Assembly: GCA_002269645.1 (NCBI GenBank)
Contig: NIVC01000690.1
Location: 310,001-374,000, forward strand
Length of the DNA stretch: 64,000 nt
Direction of reading: 5' to 3'
DNA from: Macrostomum lignano
Lineage: Eukaryota
Of the stretch, positions 1 to 11,945 are shown piece by piece (the stretch's first letter is position 1; each line of letters starts with the position of its first letter). Under the pieces are notes generated by a model. The model worked only from the letters and a program-made list of their open reading frames with translations. It was not told where the DNA came from and did not search any database. Position numbers and translations under genes: made by a program.

Positions 1-640
1 GCAGCAGCAGAATAACTTATAACTAATGCAACTTATGCAAATATATTTTGAAATTTGAAATTTGCTGAACAGAGTGTGCTTTCTGACCTTTCTCCTTTGA
101 ATTAGTGTAGAGCAGACATAATCAATTTCTCTATAAAAGTTAACAATATGGTTACGCAATAAAAATTGAGTACTGTGCAATGCTTTCACACTCAACGCTG
201 TGACGCAATTCAATTGAGTGTCTTGTGTATTGTGATGCAATCTATTTTAGAATCAGAATTCAACCAGTCAGTTTTTCTGCTAGCATTCTTATAATGCATT
301 TCGATGCTTGACCTTTGCAAAAAAGCATGTTTTTCGAATATTTAATCCCTTTAGCATCGAGCAATTTCTTAGCCACGATGCATGTACCGTCACGGAAAAA
401 TTTCTGATCGAATGGTGCAAGTTCGAATAAAATCGGTTGAGCCGTTTTTGCTAAAATCGATCACACACACACACACACACACATACCGACAGACCATTTT
501 TAGTATATGGAACGTCGTCACATACACACAAAAAAGTTTTAGCATTAAGAGAGATAATAATAATTTTAAGATGTACAGCGGTAACCTATGTGCGCGAATA
601 TGCAGTAACAATAAAATGTACAAACCTTACCATTGTTTAG

Positions 641-845
641 GCCGCAAACATTCGTAACGAACTTTACGGCTGCGGTTCCGCTAGATCTTTGGTCCAATCG
701 ACTGTGCTGGCTGATTCTCTGTTCGCGTTTTCTGCAAACCCGTGCCAGTCTGACGTACAGGCCCCAAGGTCTTCGACTACAATTAATCCGCTGGCAAGAA
801 TCGACCAACTAACTAGCAATCCGGTCGGTCTAGAATCACTTGCTG
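641..845 (+). CDS. Candidate coding exon of an unknown gene, spliced in phase to the exon at 1057
   Basis: Acceptor TTGTTTAG|641, open frame AANIRNELYGCGS...LESLA, donor G|GTATGT at 846 (phase 1); the next acceptor TTCACAG|1057 is also phase 1. Confidence 0.45.
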
Positions 846-1056
846 GTATGTGAATAAATCTATTTGTTGAAAAAACGAAAATATTTTTTTATATGCAGTC
901 ACGCCATTAAGAATGCGCTCGTTGTTAATTATTAATTGGCATTCATGAAGATGTAGTGTAAGGTTGGTTCAAAGATTCAAGGCGGTAAAATACGCTCGTA
1001 ATAGGTCTTGAGTACGCATATATATATCGATCACATAACACGATTTCTGTTCACAG

Positions 1057-1243
1057 GGGCAATTCGGACTCTGGCTCGAATGGAAGCCAGCACTCAAGCC
1101 AAAATCAATCGGCTGCAAACGTCGATCGACGATCTTCGATCACTCATTATAACGAATTTGGGCTCTAGCATTGGTCCGAGAACTCAACAGAGCCAGCAAC
1201 CGAAGAATCATCCATGTGCAGCGTCCGTGGATGAAGTGAACAG
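1057..1243 (+). CDS. Non-Penelope exon segment (coiled-coil-like) fused in frame to the Penelope ORF
   Basis: AIRTLARMEASTQAKINRLQTSIDDLRSLI...HPCAASVDEVNR has no RT motifs; Penelope-type sequence starts at about LQVPLQFAID (1244). Confidence 0.45.
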
Positions 1244-2432
1244 ACTTCAAGTTCCTCTGCAGTTTGCTATTGATCTGGCCGCTGACTATGTCTATGGGCA
1301 TGCCCCTCCAAAATTCCCAAAAAGTACTTTCAAAAAACTTATGAACTTTGCCACCTCTGGTCTGTTCCTTTTTAATGATAAGTACTACCGCCAAACCGAT
1401 GGCTGCGCGATGGGTAGCCCCCTTGCGCCCACTCTTGCCAACATTTGTATGACTCATTGGGAGAAAGAGTGGATGACCCTGCAATGTGCTCCTAGATTCT
1501 ACAAGCGCTACGTTGATGACACCTTTGCCATTTTCAAAGGGGGATCGGATCATGAAGAGTTTCTTGCTGCTCTGAAATCCACTCACAAAAACATCCAATT
1601 CACGGTTGAAGTTGTTGACAAGAAACTCCCTTTCCTTGATGTTGACGTTGACATCCACAGTAATTCGGTTTCCACTAAAGTTTACCGCAAGCCCACTTTC
1701 ACGAACTTGATGCTTAATTTTGGAGCTGTGTGTCCCAGACAGTGGAAAGTTGGCCTGATTCGTTGTTTGTTGCACAGGGCCTACACGGTTTGCAGCTCTT
1801 GGACCAATTTCAACATTGAAGTTAACAATCTCACCAAAATTCTGAGAATGAATCAATTTCCCAAGAATGTCATTTGGAGTGAAATCAATAGATTTATCTC
1901 TAATAAAATGACGAACAAACCGAGTTTTGCTTCTGATAAGGATGTGGTAAAAACTTGCCCGACCATGGTCTTGCCTTTCTGTGGCAACTGCTCTAACCTG
2001 TTGAAGAAGAAAATTGAGAAAAGCTTCCGTAAATTCTTTAACACGCCTATTAAGATTGTTTTCCGCACTACTAAGGTTGGCCAATACGTTAGTAGACTGA
2101 AATCCCATGTTCCTCTTGCTCTGGCGGCAGGTGTTGGGTATAAGTTCTCTTGTTCTGTTGACCAGAACATTACCTATATAGGTAAAACTAAAAGGCACCT
2201 GTACACCAGAGTCAGAGAGCATTGGTTGAAAAGGTCGGCTATCCAAGACCACCTGCTCAGTTGCAACAGTTGTTGCGAAATTGAGCAAACTCAGCAGTTT
2301 AAAATTATTGATCGGTGTAGAACTGATTTTAGGCTCAACATACTTGAATCCATGTACATTAAAGACCAAAAACCTAATCTGAATATTCAGCTCTCCCATA
2401 GTGGTGCGGGCCATTTGCTCAAGGTATTCTAA
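1244..2432 (+). CDS. Penelope-type reverse transcriptase (C-terminal part) plus GIY-YIG endonuclease
   Basis: GCAMGSPLAPTLAN, YKRYVDDTF, LPFLDV, KVYRKPT, then YIGKTKRHLYTRVREH and LNILESMYIKDQKPNLN; stop TAA at 2430-2432. Confidence 0.92.
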
Positions 2433-2571
2433 GTAAAGGCACAAGTCTGAACAATGTACTTGCAATCTATGCTTAACATTTTTGGAAAATTCTGCCCATG
2501 ACATGCCCTTTGGACTGTACAGTTAACATTTGTTCACTTATAAAGTTGTTGTGTGAGTTAAAATACACCAG

Positions 2572-2610
2572 ACCCTGAAGATGGCCATTGTTGGTCCGAA
2601 ACGCGTCGGT
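2572..2610 (+). ncRNA. Minimal type I hammerhead ribozyme (PLE-associated)
   Basis: ACC-CTGAAGA-T-GGCCA-ttgt-TGGTC-C-GAAA-CGCG-TC-GGT: conserved core, 5-bp stem II, palindromic ACGCGT stem III, 3-bp stem I; predicted cleavage after C2607. Confidence 0.85.
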
Positions 2611-3129
2611 AGAAAGAATTAATTGTAATCTATGTTGATTTTAACTTTTCTATTACAATTGTTTGGTATTATAAAATCTCAGAGGCTACTACTACAAGTA
2701 GGATAATAAGGACTATTAGCTCTATCGAAATTTCTTCTGAGTTTCGATCACAGAATTAGGACAGATGGTGTGAGCCATCTTGGAGACAGATTCGATCATG
2801 GAATTTCTGTCTGAATTGTCACAGAATTTTTTAGCGGGTTTAGAGCCTAATTAAAATTATAGCCTAAAAATTAGTTTTGTGATTATTTTGCATTACCGAG
2901 TTTTAAGACAAAAATTATAAAATGGGTAAAGTTTAAGCGTAAATTGTAAAATTTTAGACTTTTAAATATATAGGTGTGTGAATAATAAAAAAGCAACTAT
3001 TAAATTTGAGCACATTTGGCCAGAGTCAGTAGGCATAGCGTTACTTTCCCAAATAAATTTTCCAGAATGTAAGCGCGTCTTCAAATAGCAACTGAGTAAC
3101 AGCCGCGTGCACTCTGCCTGAAGACCCCA

Positions 3130-3290
3130 AGTGACGTCAGTTCTAAAAATATAACGAGTCACGAGGTCTTGCGCGCATTGGGACTCTGCCTAGAGGCTTT
3201 GAGTGACGTCAGTTCTAAAAATAGAACGAGTCACGAGATCGTGTGCAATGGGCCAGAGGTGAATCACGCGCTATAAATACGACCCCTCTC
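3130..3290 (+). promoter_or_regulatory. LTR-like promoter: tandem 36-bp enhancer-like repeat with CRE palindromes plus TATA box
   Basis: GTGACGTCAGTTCTAAAAATAnAACGAGTCACGAG at 3131 and 3203; TATAAATA at 3272. Confidence 0.5.
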
Positions 3291-3682
3291 CCCCTTGTTT
3301 CCGTCAAGGAGTCTGTTGTTCCTCGAGCTCCCGAGACTGAGTGTCAGCCCGTCTGTGTGTGTTAATTTCTCCTTTATTGGTCTGTCTGAGACCCTATTAA
3401 AACAAACCCCAAGCCTAACTCAGCCCTCCCTGTACCAAACAAGCCCGGCAGGTGCTGCTGACGAGACGCCTTGTATGTTGAACTGCAAATCTGCACCCGG
3501 TGCTGAGTTCGTTGACTTCGTTATTTCGTTCCGACGGGAAGCTCACCTCATCGAAGGCCGAGACCTGAAGGAACTGGTGGCAGCACTACCTACGCTACTA
3601 AGAGTTAAGAAGACTTCTCAAGAAGAAGAGGCCCGAGACTTGGGGCGATCTCATCTCAAATCCTTCAGGTACAGATGAGAGG

Positions 3683-4700
3683 CCGATTAAGCCTATTTGC
3701 GAGCCTATTACCAGTTTAGCCAACCCGATTAAATTAGAGGCAGTCAAAGACTTTGGAAAGACAGCAGCGGGTCCAGACGGTCTTGGGGTAGAAACTATTA
3801 AGCAAGTAGATAGGAAAGTTTTAACGTATTTATTTAATGGCATTATGGCTTGTGGTACAACACCAGCCTCTTTCAAACACTCTAGAACAATACGTACTTA
3901 TTCCAAAAGTAGACAAACCAGCATCACCAGCAGAATTTAGACCGCTTTCCATAGGCAACCTTATTTGTAGAACTTTCCATAAGATCTTAGCTAGACGGCT
4001 CGCTGCAGAGGTCAGTATTAGTAGTGTCCAGAGAGGCTTCAAACTAGGTTTAGACGGGGTTGGCGCGAATCATTTCCTAATTGAAAACCTTCTAGCGGAG
4101 GCCAGAGCTGGTAACTCACCTCTGTTTTTGGCCTTCCTAGACCTAAAAAAGCCTTTGATTCGGTCAACCACCCTACTTTAATTAGAGCAGCTAGAAGAGT
4201 TGGTATACCTGAAATATTAATTAAATATCTAGATAATCTATATACTAACAATACTACTGATATTTTTGGTGCTACTACCAAGTTAGGAAGGGGAGTCAAA
4301 CAAGGCGAACCTTTGTCACCTATTCTATTTAATTTTGTTATAGATGAAGTACTTGGCACACTCGACCTGCACATAGCCTTTCCAATTGCTCAAGAGAGAG
4401 TTAACTCTGCAGCATTTGCTGATGATATGGCTATCTGCGCGTCGACTGAAGCCGGACTGAATAATCATCTAAAAACTTTTGAAGAGGCCCTTGCTCCAAC
4501 GGGGCTTGAAGTTAACATCAAGAAAAGTGCTACTATCTCGATCTTGTGGGACGGGAAAAATAAAAGATGGCTTAATAATCAAGATAAAATTTTTAAAATC
4601 TATAATCAGGAACTTCCTAGAATCGGCCTTCAAAACAGTTACAAATACCTGGGTATCGAACTCAATGCCAAAGGGCAACGTCACTTTGCTACCCGGGCTT
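3683..4700 (+). pseudogene. Non-LTR retrotransposon RT relic (R2/NeSL-like), frameshifted and truncated
   Basis: Across frames: AAGPDG, LIPK, FRPLSIGN, QRGF, FLDLKKAFDSV, GVKQGEPLSPILFNFVID, AFADDM, YKYLG. Confidence 0.88.
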
Positions 4701-4724
4701 ACGAAGGAGCCTGGAGTGGTTTAC

Positions 4725-5690
4725 GAGATGTACCTGCAGTTGAAGAAAGAGTCGCTGTCTAGCAGAGAAGCATGTTGTGTTTATTATTAGTGAGGTCGCA
4801 ACAGCTAAAAATCGAGTTCAATTTCGATTCTGCTTACGGCCTTGCCGGTGACGGTAAAATGATCTCCTCAATTCTTGCCTTTTTAATCAAGTCCGTCGGC
4901 GCATCCTATTAGGATTTTGTCGGTCTATTTCCTCTTAACTGCTTGACCGCTCTGAAATTATGCAGCATGGCCAAGGAAGTGACTGCGGCTGTCACAAGTG
5001 GATTAGAAATTGTTGTATTGTCCTGTGACAACTCCTCTGTCAACAGTAAGTTTTACTTAATGTCATCTGTACCGGAACATGGGCTGTCTATGCGACATCT
5101 GTGTGTCGATCGGAAAGAAATCTTGCTGATGGACACTACTCACAACATTAAAAATGTGTATAACAACTTTCAGAGACGAGATGTATTTCACTGTTCAGTA
5201 TTCGACAATGGTAGCAACTTTGTGGCCAGGTTGTGATGTTGAGGCTGTTTTTGAAATTGAAAGAGGTCAATCGTCAAAGATTGCCCTCCGTCTGACGGAG
5301 GTTTTACTATTACTAATATCGAGAGAACTAGTGCTTTACTGGCCGCAGCTTTGTTTGATGACACAATAGTTACTGCACTCAGACAAAGAGCACGGAGGTA
5401 GACAGTGAAAGACAGTTCGGAAAGTACAGGCAGATGTCCGGCGGATTGTATTTCATCAGTGCAAAGGTCATCAGCCCGAGTATACACTTTGAATGATTTC
5501 ATTGCTTAAGCACTCAGAAATAGACTTGCTACGCTTAATGAAGTCTTTCATGGAGGATGTTGAGCAGGACACTGACGTTAGTCTAAGAACAACAGAAATA
5601 TTTGCCGATGTGTCAGATGAGCCATGCATGACCTTGCGCAGAAACGATATGGGCTGTTTGAACGTGATGTTACACATAGCAGGTTACCCT
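4725..5690 (+). pseudogene. P-element-superfamily (THAP9-like) transposase relic
   Basis: LAFLIKSVG, IVVLSCDNSSVN, MDTTHNIKNVYNNF (D-x2-H motif), ERTSALLAAALF, LHIAGY; stops and frameshifts. Confidence 0.65.
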
Positions 5691-5934
5691 TAAAAATCCA
5701 GGTGATTCCGCGCAGGCAATGAGCTCAGGCAATTCCGCGCAAGCCGAAACCTAAACCGAAACCTGTAGTCTACACAGTGGAGTTACGTCATGCTGTTCGC
5801 CACAGAATATTGCGCCGAACCGACACAATACTCCGAGTTTCAGTAGCAGGTTGCTAAGCAGAAAGCAAAAACAGGAACCTAAGAAAGGTACCCGCTTGCT
5901 TGCAATGCACTGCTGAGTGTTTACTTTTGAAGCC

Positions 5935-6200
5935 CAGTGCGTCGTGAAAATTTGGTCGCAGCTCAGCTAGCCGACCCCGCACTAAGCTACGTTAGGAATC
6001 TGATTGAGTCTGACTTGCCGAAACAGAATTTTCAAGAAAGACTAGAATTGTCTCACGAGATTAGAAATCCGCTAGGTTACTTTGAACTCTAGGATAGAAG
6101 ACGGTGTTCTCAGAATAGACCTTACTTTAGGGCGGACCGAATCTAAAGTGGCGTTGCAAAAGTATTTAGATGGTGAAGTTTTTAGAAGTTTTAAGAAGTG
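5935..6200 (+). pseudogene. Possible Gypsy pol fragment (linker upstream of integrase)
   Basis: RENLVAAQLADPALSYVRNLIE...RIEDGVLR resembles the RNaseH-integrase linker; no catalytic motif present. Confidence 0.4.
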
Positions 6201-6432
6201 TATTAGAACTCCCACGACTCCAACTCCCTCTTCTCTTCTCTTTCTTCTCTTTCTTTCTACTGACTCCCTCCTCAATCTTGTATCATCTCTCTCCCATCTC
6301 CCAATGCACCCCAGCTCTCACTTTTCTTTTTCCGTATTCACCCTATCTGTCACTTCTCCCATTTCTCTAATATTTAGTATATAAAAATACAAATTTCGAA
6401 AGTTAATAAAATTTCTGTAATCATTTGCAGCA

Positions 6433-8475
6433 ATGACAAAAAACAAAAGAAATAAAACAGTGCCAGCGCAGCCGCGGACTGGAGTAAGAACCTTCGCAGC
6501 CCAGCAAGACCCTGCTGACTGGGCCACGGAGGTGGAGGCGGCGGAGGCAGCTCCGGCGGAGGCAGCGGCGGAGGCTCCGGCGGAGGCAGCGGCGGAGGCA
6601 GCGGAGGCAGCCGTCCGAAAGCGGGCGGGCCGCCGCTGGGCCCGCGTCAGGAAAAGAGAGAATTTAGTACGTGCATTTGCTGTCTAAATCATTTCTACAT
6701 TTATCTTTGCTGTCTAGATCTCAGATCCCAGATCTCAGATCTCAGATCTCAGATCCCAGATCTCAGATCCCAGATCTCATTCCAGATTTCAGGTTCCAGA
6801 TCCCAGATCCCAGAAGATCTCAGATTCTAGATCTGAGATCTCAGATCCCAGATTCCAGATCCCAGATCTCAGATCTCAGATTTCAGGTTCTAGATCCTAG
6901 ATCCCAGATCTCAGATTCCAGATGTCAGATCCCAGATCTCAGATTCCAGGTCCCAGATCTCAGATTCCAGATTTCAGGTTCCAGATCCCAGATCCCAGAT
7001 CTCAGATTCCAGATCTCAGATGTCAGACACAGACAGATTCTCAAGCTAGAATAAGTCACTCTGTGTACTGAGCTTTCAGATTGATGGACAGGCACTAGGA
7101 CATTAGACAGAATTAAGTTCAGCAACCTTATTTCTGTGTAAATATTAATTTATTTCCAGATGCAAACTGTCGCCCAACTGCAGCTGCTGCAGGCCCAGCT
7201 GCTGGGCCAGCTGGCTGGGTAAGATATTTTTTTAAGTATTGAATGCTAAATTGTATACTCCTAAATATGCAGTCTCATTTCTTCCATTTACGATTCCATT
7301 TACGAAATCGTAACTAAATCGGCTTCGCCTCGGCCCATCAACGCAGTCCTCAGTCTTGTATGTGGTCCAGATAAATCAGTCCATGGGGGTGATACCTTAT
7401 ACTTAGTGCTTCAGATCCTTCAGTGGATGCTTTACCCAATCATACCCTTGTAGTGTCTATGGTAGCAACCAGTAGGGGATACAATCCCGGGAGGCCCAAA
7501 TCGCGGGATTGACCACCGGGATCCCGATCCCGATTTTCAATAATTCAGTCATTCATTCTCGGGTAGTATTAGCATCTGCAGCTGAGCTATTGTCAGGGGA
7601 AAATCATAACCCAGTTGGCCTGCTTTGATTCATTATCTTTTAAACATATGCAGGCTAGTGAAAGAAGGCTATAGGGCTGCAGGGATCAAAACTGAAGCTG
7701 CTGGCAGATCTTAGGAGATTTCAGATTTTCAGGTGTAAAATTCAGAAGCCCCTCCCCCTCTATGCTTAAGACCTCATTAATTCTCAGCACTGTCAAACAC
7801 CTTTTAGAGGCCCAGCAGTTCCTTCAGTGGCTGCACTGGCTGGTCCCTCAGGTCCTTCAGTCGGTGCCCCCCCTTAGATCCTTCAGTGGCTGGTCCCTCA
7901 GATCCTTCTGTGGATGCCCTTTCAGAACCCAAAATCGAAAATCGAATATCGACACATTTCGTAGCTGTCTACTTAAATTAGCTGGTCAGAGAAGGCATCC
8001 CCGGATCTCCAGATTTCCTGATTCTCACATCCTTATCCCTGAATGTCATATCTTCCTATCTGATTCCCTCATGTTAATCTCAGAATAGCCTTATACGTAA
8101 CTATAGTTTATGTATAACGTCTCTGTGCATCAAAAGCTGAGCAGTTTAGAGTTAATAAGCAATTTACTATAAATGAAATAATCAACAGTTCTCAGAGTAA
8201 AACTTACACTTGTTCTCTGGTTCTAATGTTCTTGCTATCAGAGACCTTATTCACGTCCTATCCCCGCCCCACCCGAAATATCTTAATAAAACAAATTGCG
8301 CGCCTCACAAAAAACCTAAGATTGCGCCCTTTAAACTTTACAGGAATGCCGGCTACTCCGAACGCGGAGGGCGAGGCGGAGGGCGAAGTGGCAGAGGCGG
8401 AGGGCGAGGCGGCAGTTTCGGAGGGCGAGGCGGCAGAGGCGGCCGCCGTGGCGGAGGCCAAGTCGTCCATCATTG
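6433..8475 (+). CDS. Three-exon gene model (6433-6666, 7160-7218, 8344-8475) for a small Ala/Glu-rich, Q/L-rich, RGG-box protein
   Basis: Donors GTACGT (6667, phase 0), GTAAGA (7219, phase 2), GTTAGT (8476); acceptors TTTCCAG, CTTTACAG; phases place exon 3 in the ERGGRGGGRSGRGG frame. Confidence 0.5.
6712..7025. repeat. Heptamer-based satellite (CAGATCY/CAGATTC)n in intron 1 of the RGG gene model
   Basis: Direct reading of sequence. Confidence 0.95.
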
Positions 8476-8867
8476 GTTAGTTGCCAGATTACACCGGTTG
8501 TTTTTCAACACACAAGTTTATATTTTTTATTCAGACACATACATGTACAGTCCAGACACCTGTACAGACACACAGACAGACTGACTGACAGACAGAAAAA
8601 CACGGAGAATGACAGATAAACGGGCAGACAGACAGAGAGACAAAAGGGACAGACAGACAGACAGACAGGTGAGAAGAAATGTGAGGGAAGATCAATGAGA
8701 GAAGAATCCGAGGGACAAAGAAATGCTCAGGAGATTAGACAATATGGGGACTTCAAGCGGGTTTCGTGAGTCTATTGCTCGGAAATTAGTCAAGGCGGTT
8801 ATTTCGGGAAAGACAAAGTTGGGATTAGGAATTGGCGCCGAGGGTGGGTGTTTGGGAAGAGAGGGTG

Positions 8868-9243
8868 GGTGCACGGGGAGAGAGGGCGGACGCTTGGGAG
8901 CAGGGTTTATTTTGTGCGCTCCTAACAAGTAACTAGGAAGACTTTGAAAGATATGGGGGTAGAGAGAGACGCTTGAGTCGGGAAGGGTTTGTGAGCGGGA
9001 GGAAAATCAATATTATTCTGGATCCGAATAATAACGATTTTGGATTGTACGAGGATCTACACTATCTTGTTCTTTCTCTACCTTCATTCATTTCCAGCCT
9101 TGCAACTAGCTCGCACGTCGGTGCATGGGGAGAGAGGGCGAAGGCTCGGGAGCAGGGTTTATTTTGTACGCTCCTAACAAGGAACTAGGAAGATTGCTGA
9201 AAGAGCTGGGGTTAGAGAGGGGCGCTTGAATAGGGAAGGGTTT
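8868..9243. repeat. Diverged ~123-bp direct repeat (8868-8990 and 9120-9243)
   Basis: Both copies read GGTGCA.GGGGAGAGAGGGCG...GGGAGCAGGGTTTATTTTGT.CGCTCCTAACAAG.AACTAGGAAGA...GGGAAGGGTTT. Confidence 0.85.
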
Positions 9244-9555
9244 AATTAATATTCTCAGCCCTGGTCAAACGCGACAGCTACATTTTGAAAAGGGTTGGGG
9301 TAACTGCTATTTGCTGAGGCAGCGCAGCCCTCTAATCGATTTTGCGAATGTACAAGTTTCACGCGTGCTTTCCTTTCCGCTTTGACAACCCCAATCAACC
9401 AAGGAATTGTACCTCCGCTTGTACACCGTGCGTTCTTGTTTGCTAACTACGTCCTGGAAACTTTCATTTCCACACTAGCCAGCTGCATAAAAGCAAAAAA
9501 AACATTAAACACACTACACACACTTTCGATTGTAATATACTATTGAAATCCCAGC

Positions 9556-10412
9556 ATGGCTATGTCTAAAGAGAAACAAAGACGCATCTCAGACGTTGTG
9601 GAGATGACCACATTGTTATTAAAAAAAGATCGATCGCTGCTGGGAGCTCGCCTCTGAGACTTTCCCAATGAAGAGCTGATGAGGCTTCAAGCAAGCTTGC
9701 AAAAGTTAAAGGGTCTGCCAGACAAGCGGAAGAGCGTATCGGAGAAGAAAGAAGAGAATAGACAAGAGGAAACCGTAATTGAAAAAATAAAGGAAAAATT
9801 GGAGGATATCGAAGATCGCGGCGTGCGAGTCAGTCTACAGTCACTAATCTCTTCGATGAATTTCGTCGGAGAAAAGTTGTTTGATTTGTCGAGAACATCG
9901 ATTATCGAGGGCACCAAGCAAGTGATAGTTGGCATTGACAATGTGTGAATACTTAAGGAGATCTTACAATTCAAGTTCGGAAGAAGAGTCAACTATTTAG
10001 GTTCAAAGTTTGGTATGGACGAACGCGAGCTAGCTCGTGTGTTTGACGTAACCATTCGGAAAGTGAGTGATTATGTGAAGTATTACCGGCTGTGCCTGGA
10101 GTTCCCGGGGCTGATCTTCTGGGGTTATTCGATGGGGCGTGTGTTGAACTATAGCGCTCCAATCCGCTGCCACCGACACCAGATTTGACCAGCTGCTGAG
10201 AATGCAGCACGAAAGTGTTGCCTTTTTACAATGGAAGGTGAATTTGAAAAGACAATCCAAGCCTGGTTCGAAGACGGTAAGTAATTGCTTCACATATTTA
10301 ATTCTATCAAATTTAAATTTATAATTCTTAAAACGTTGCTTTTATTTTTTCAGAGGCCAACGAGGAAGATGATGAAGATGAGGACGAGGACAACAAAGTG
10401 AAGACGTGCTGA
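9556..10412 (+). pseudogene. Two-exon pseudogene of unknown family (9556-10276, 10354-10412)
   Basis: One frame from ATG 9556 with three in-frame TGA (9655, 9946, 10186); donor GTAAGT at 10277, acceptor TTTTCAG at 10353, phase 1 join gives acidic tail EANEEDDEDEDEDNKVKTC*. Confidence 0.5.
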
Positions 10413-11639
10413 CAGTGACAACACTCTAATATTTATTCAGGCATTTTATTGACAAGTCCTTTAGGTTATTGTTTGTTGTCTTAAGAGTTCATAAGTATTA
10501 ATATTTTCATAGTGTAGAGAGAAGTGGCAAGATACTACTTACCACTAGATACCACTAGAGGGGCGGGCAAGACAAGAAAGGCATGAGGAGGTCCGCCAAG
10601 GTTGTGTGTTCAGAATAGCGGAGTGTAACAGAAAGTGTACACTGGCATGGGAGAGGGATTCTTCTGAAACCGAGGTACCCAAGGCCAGCTGGGGAGACGA
10701 ATATTTGAACGTACTGGGCGCACATGATTTTTTCTAACGCGTTAGAGAAAATGTGCGTACATGATTTTTATAACACGTTAGAGAAAATTATGTGTGGTTT
10801 TTCCGAGACAGTCCAGAATAGCGTCAAGTTGTTTAGAGCCTACTTATAAGTAATATGACTATAAATTCTTACTTCAAGTAATAACACGATAAAATGTGGG
10901 ATATGTAGAGAGGATACTCTAGGTTTGTTAGATAACCTTCCTTCTAATATAAATTTAGAGCAACTTGTAGACAATTTTATAAGTACCACCAATTAATAAT
11001 TATTCTTGTTTTTGTTTATGTAAAACATTGTTATTCTATTTATGAGTTTTCTCAGCTAGCTATTGTTTTTTTGCCTCGCAAGATTCACATCAAGTAGGAA
11101 ATTTATTTCAGTTGAAGTGTTTTATCGGGTAAAATTTTACCTTAAATATGGCTTTAAAGTAGTTATTTTTCAGTCCACAATAATGGTATAAAAAATCCAC
11201 TGTCACATATAATACAAAGGTCTGCTTTCTTTCTTTTCTTTGTTTTAAGTGAAATTACCATCAACGATTGTTCCTTTCATGCAGAGCCAAACTCTTACTA
11301 GCTGTGTTTTGAACCAGTGACATTTAAGTGCTTGATTAATATTAGGGACATTGATGATATCAACGTCGGGCCAATATTTTCTCATGTACTCGCTGCATTC
11401 TAGTTTGCATTGGTACTTACTCTTGTAATTAGGCTCGTGTGCTTTGTAAAAAGAACCTGTAGAGACAACTGGAAACATTTTTTAGAGAAAATTTAATTTT
11501 TTTTCAAAGGGTAAGGACCCTGCTCTGAGGATTTAAAGTCTTAGGGATCTGGTAGCACGTTGCGGATTGAATGTGGGGAGAAGAATGCAGATTATTTTCT
11601 GATTGTTTCGAAGATGCTATGGGTGGATGTCAGTGGATG

Positions 11640-11945
11640 ATGTAGGACACTTGTTATGCTCTTATTCTGTCGTGGAGGAAGGAGGATAGGTTAGGAGGAT
11701 TATGTTTAAAGTTTTCGGAACAAGTGTGACCCCTTTTTTTCTGATTCAGGGATAATATGGATGGATTTAACAGGATTATGTTCGAAGTTTTCGGAGCAAG
11801 TAGGACACCTGTTATGCTCTGATTCTGTCAGGGATAATATGGATGGATTTAATGGGATTATGGAGGACGTTTTGTGAGCGAGTGCGACCCCCTTTTTTCT
11901 GATTCTGTCGGGGATAATATGGATGGATTTAATGGGATTATGGGA
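11640..11945. repeat. Imperfect tandem repeat with core GGGATAATATGGATGGATTTAA (3 clear copies)
   Basis: Core at about 11748, 11831 and 11911. Confidence 0.8.

Larger units (their letters stand above)
1244..2640 (+). mobile_element. 5'-truncated Penelope-like element (PLE)
   Basis: RT plus GIY-YIG ORF followed by a 3' region carrying a minimal hammerhead ribozyme; ends approximate. Confidence 0.9.

Noticed and set aside
1140-2504. 454-aa minus-strand ORF
   Set aside because: Antisense shadow of the Penelope ORF with no recognisable motif.
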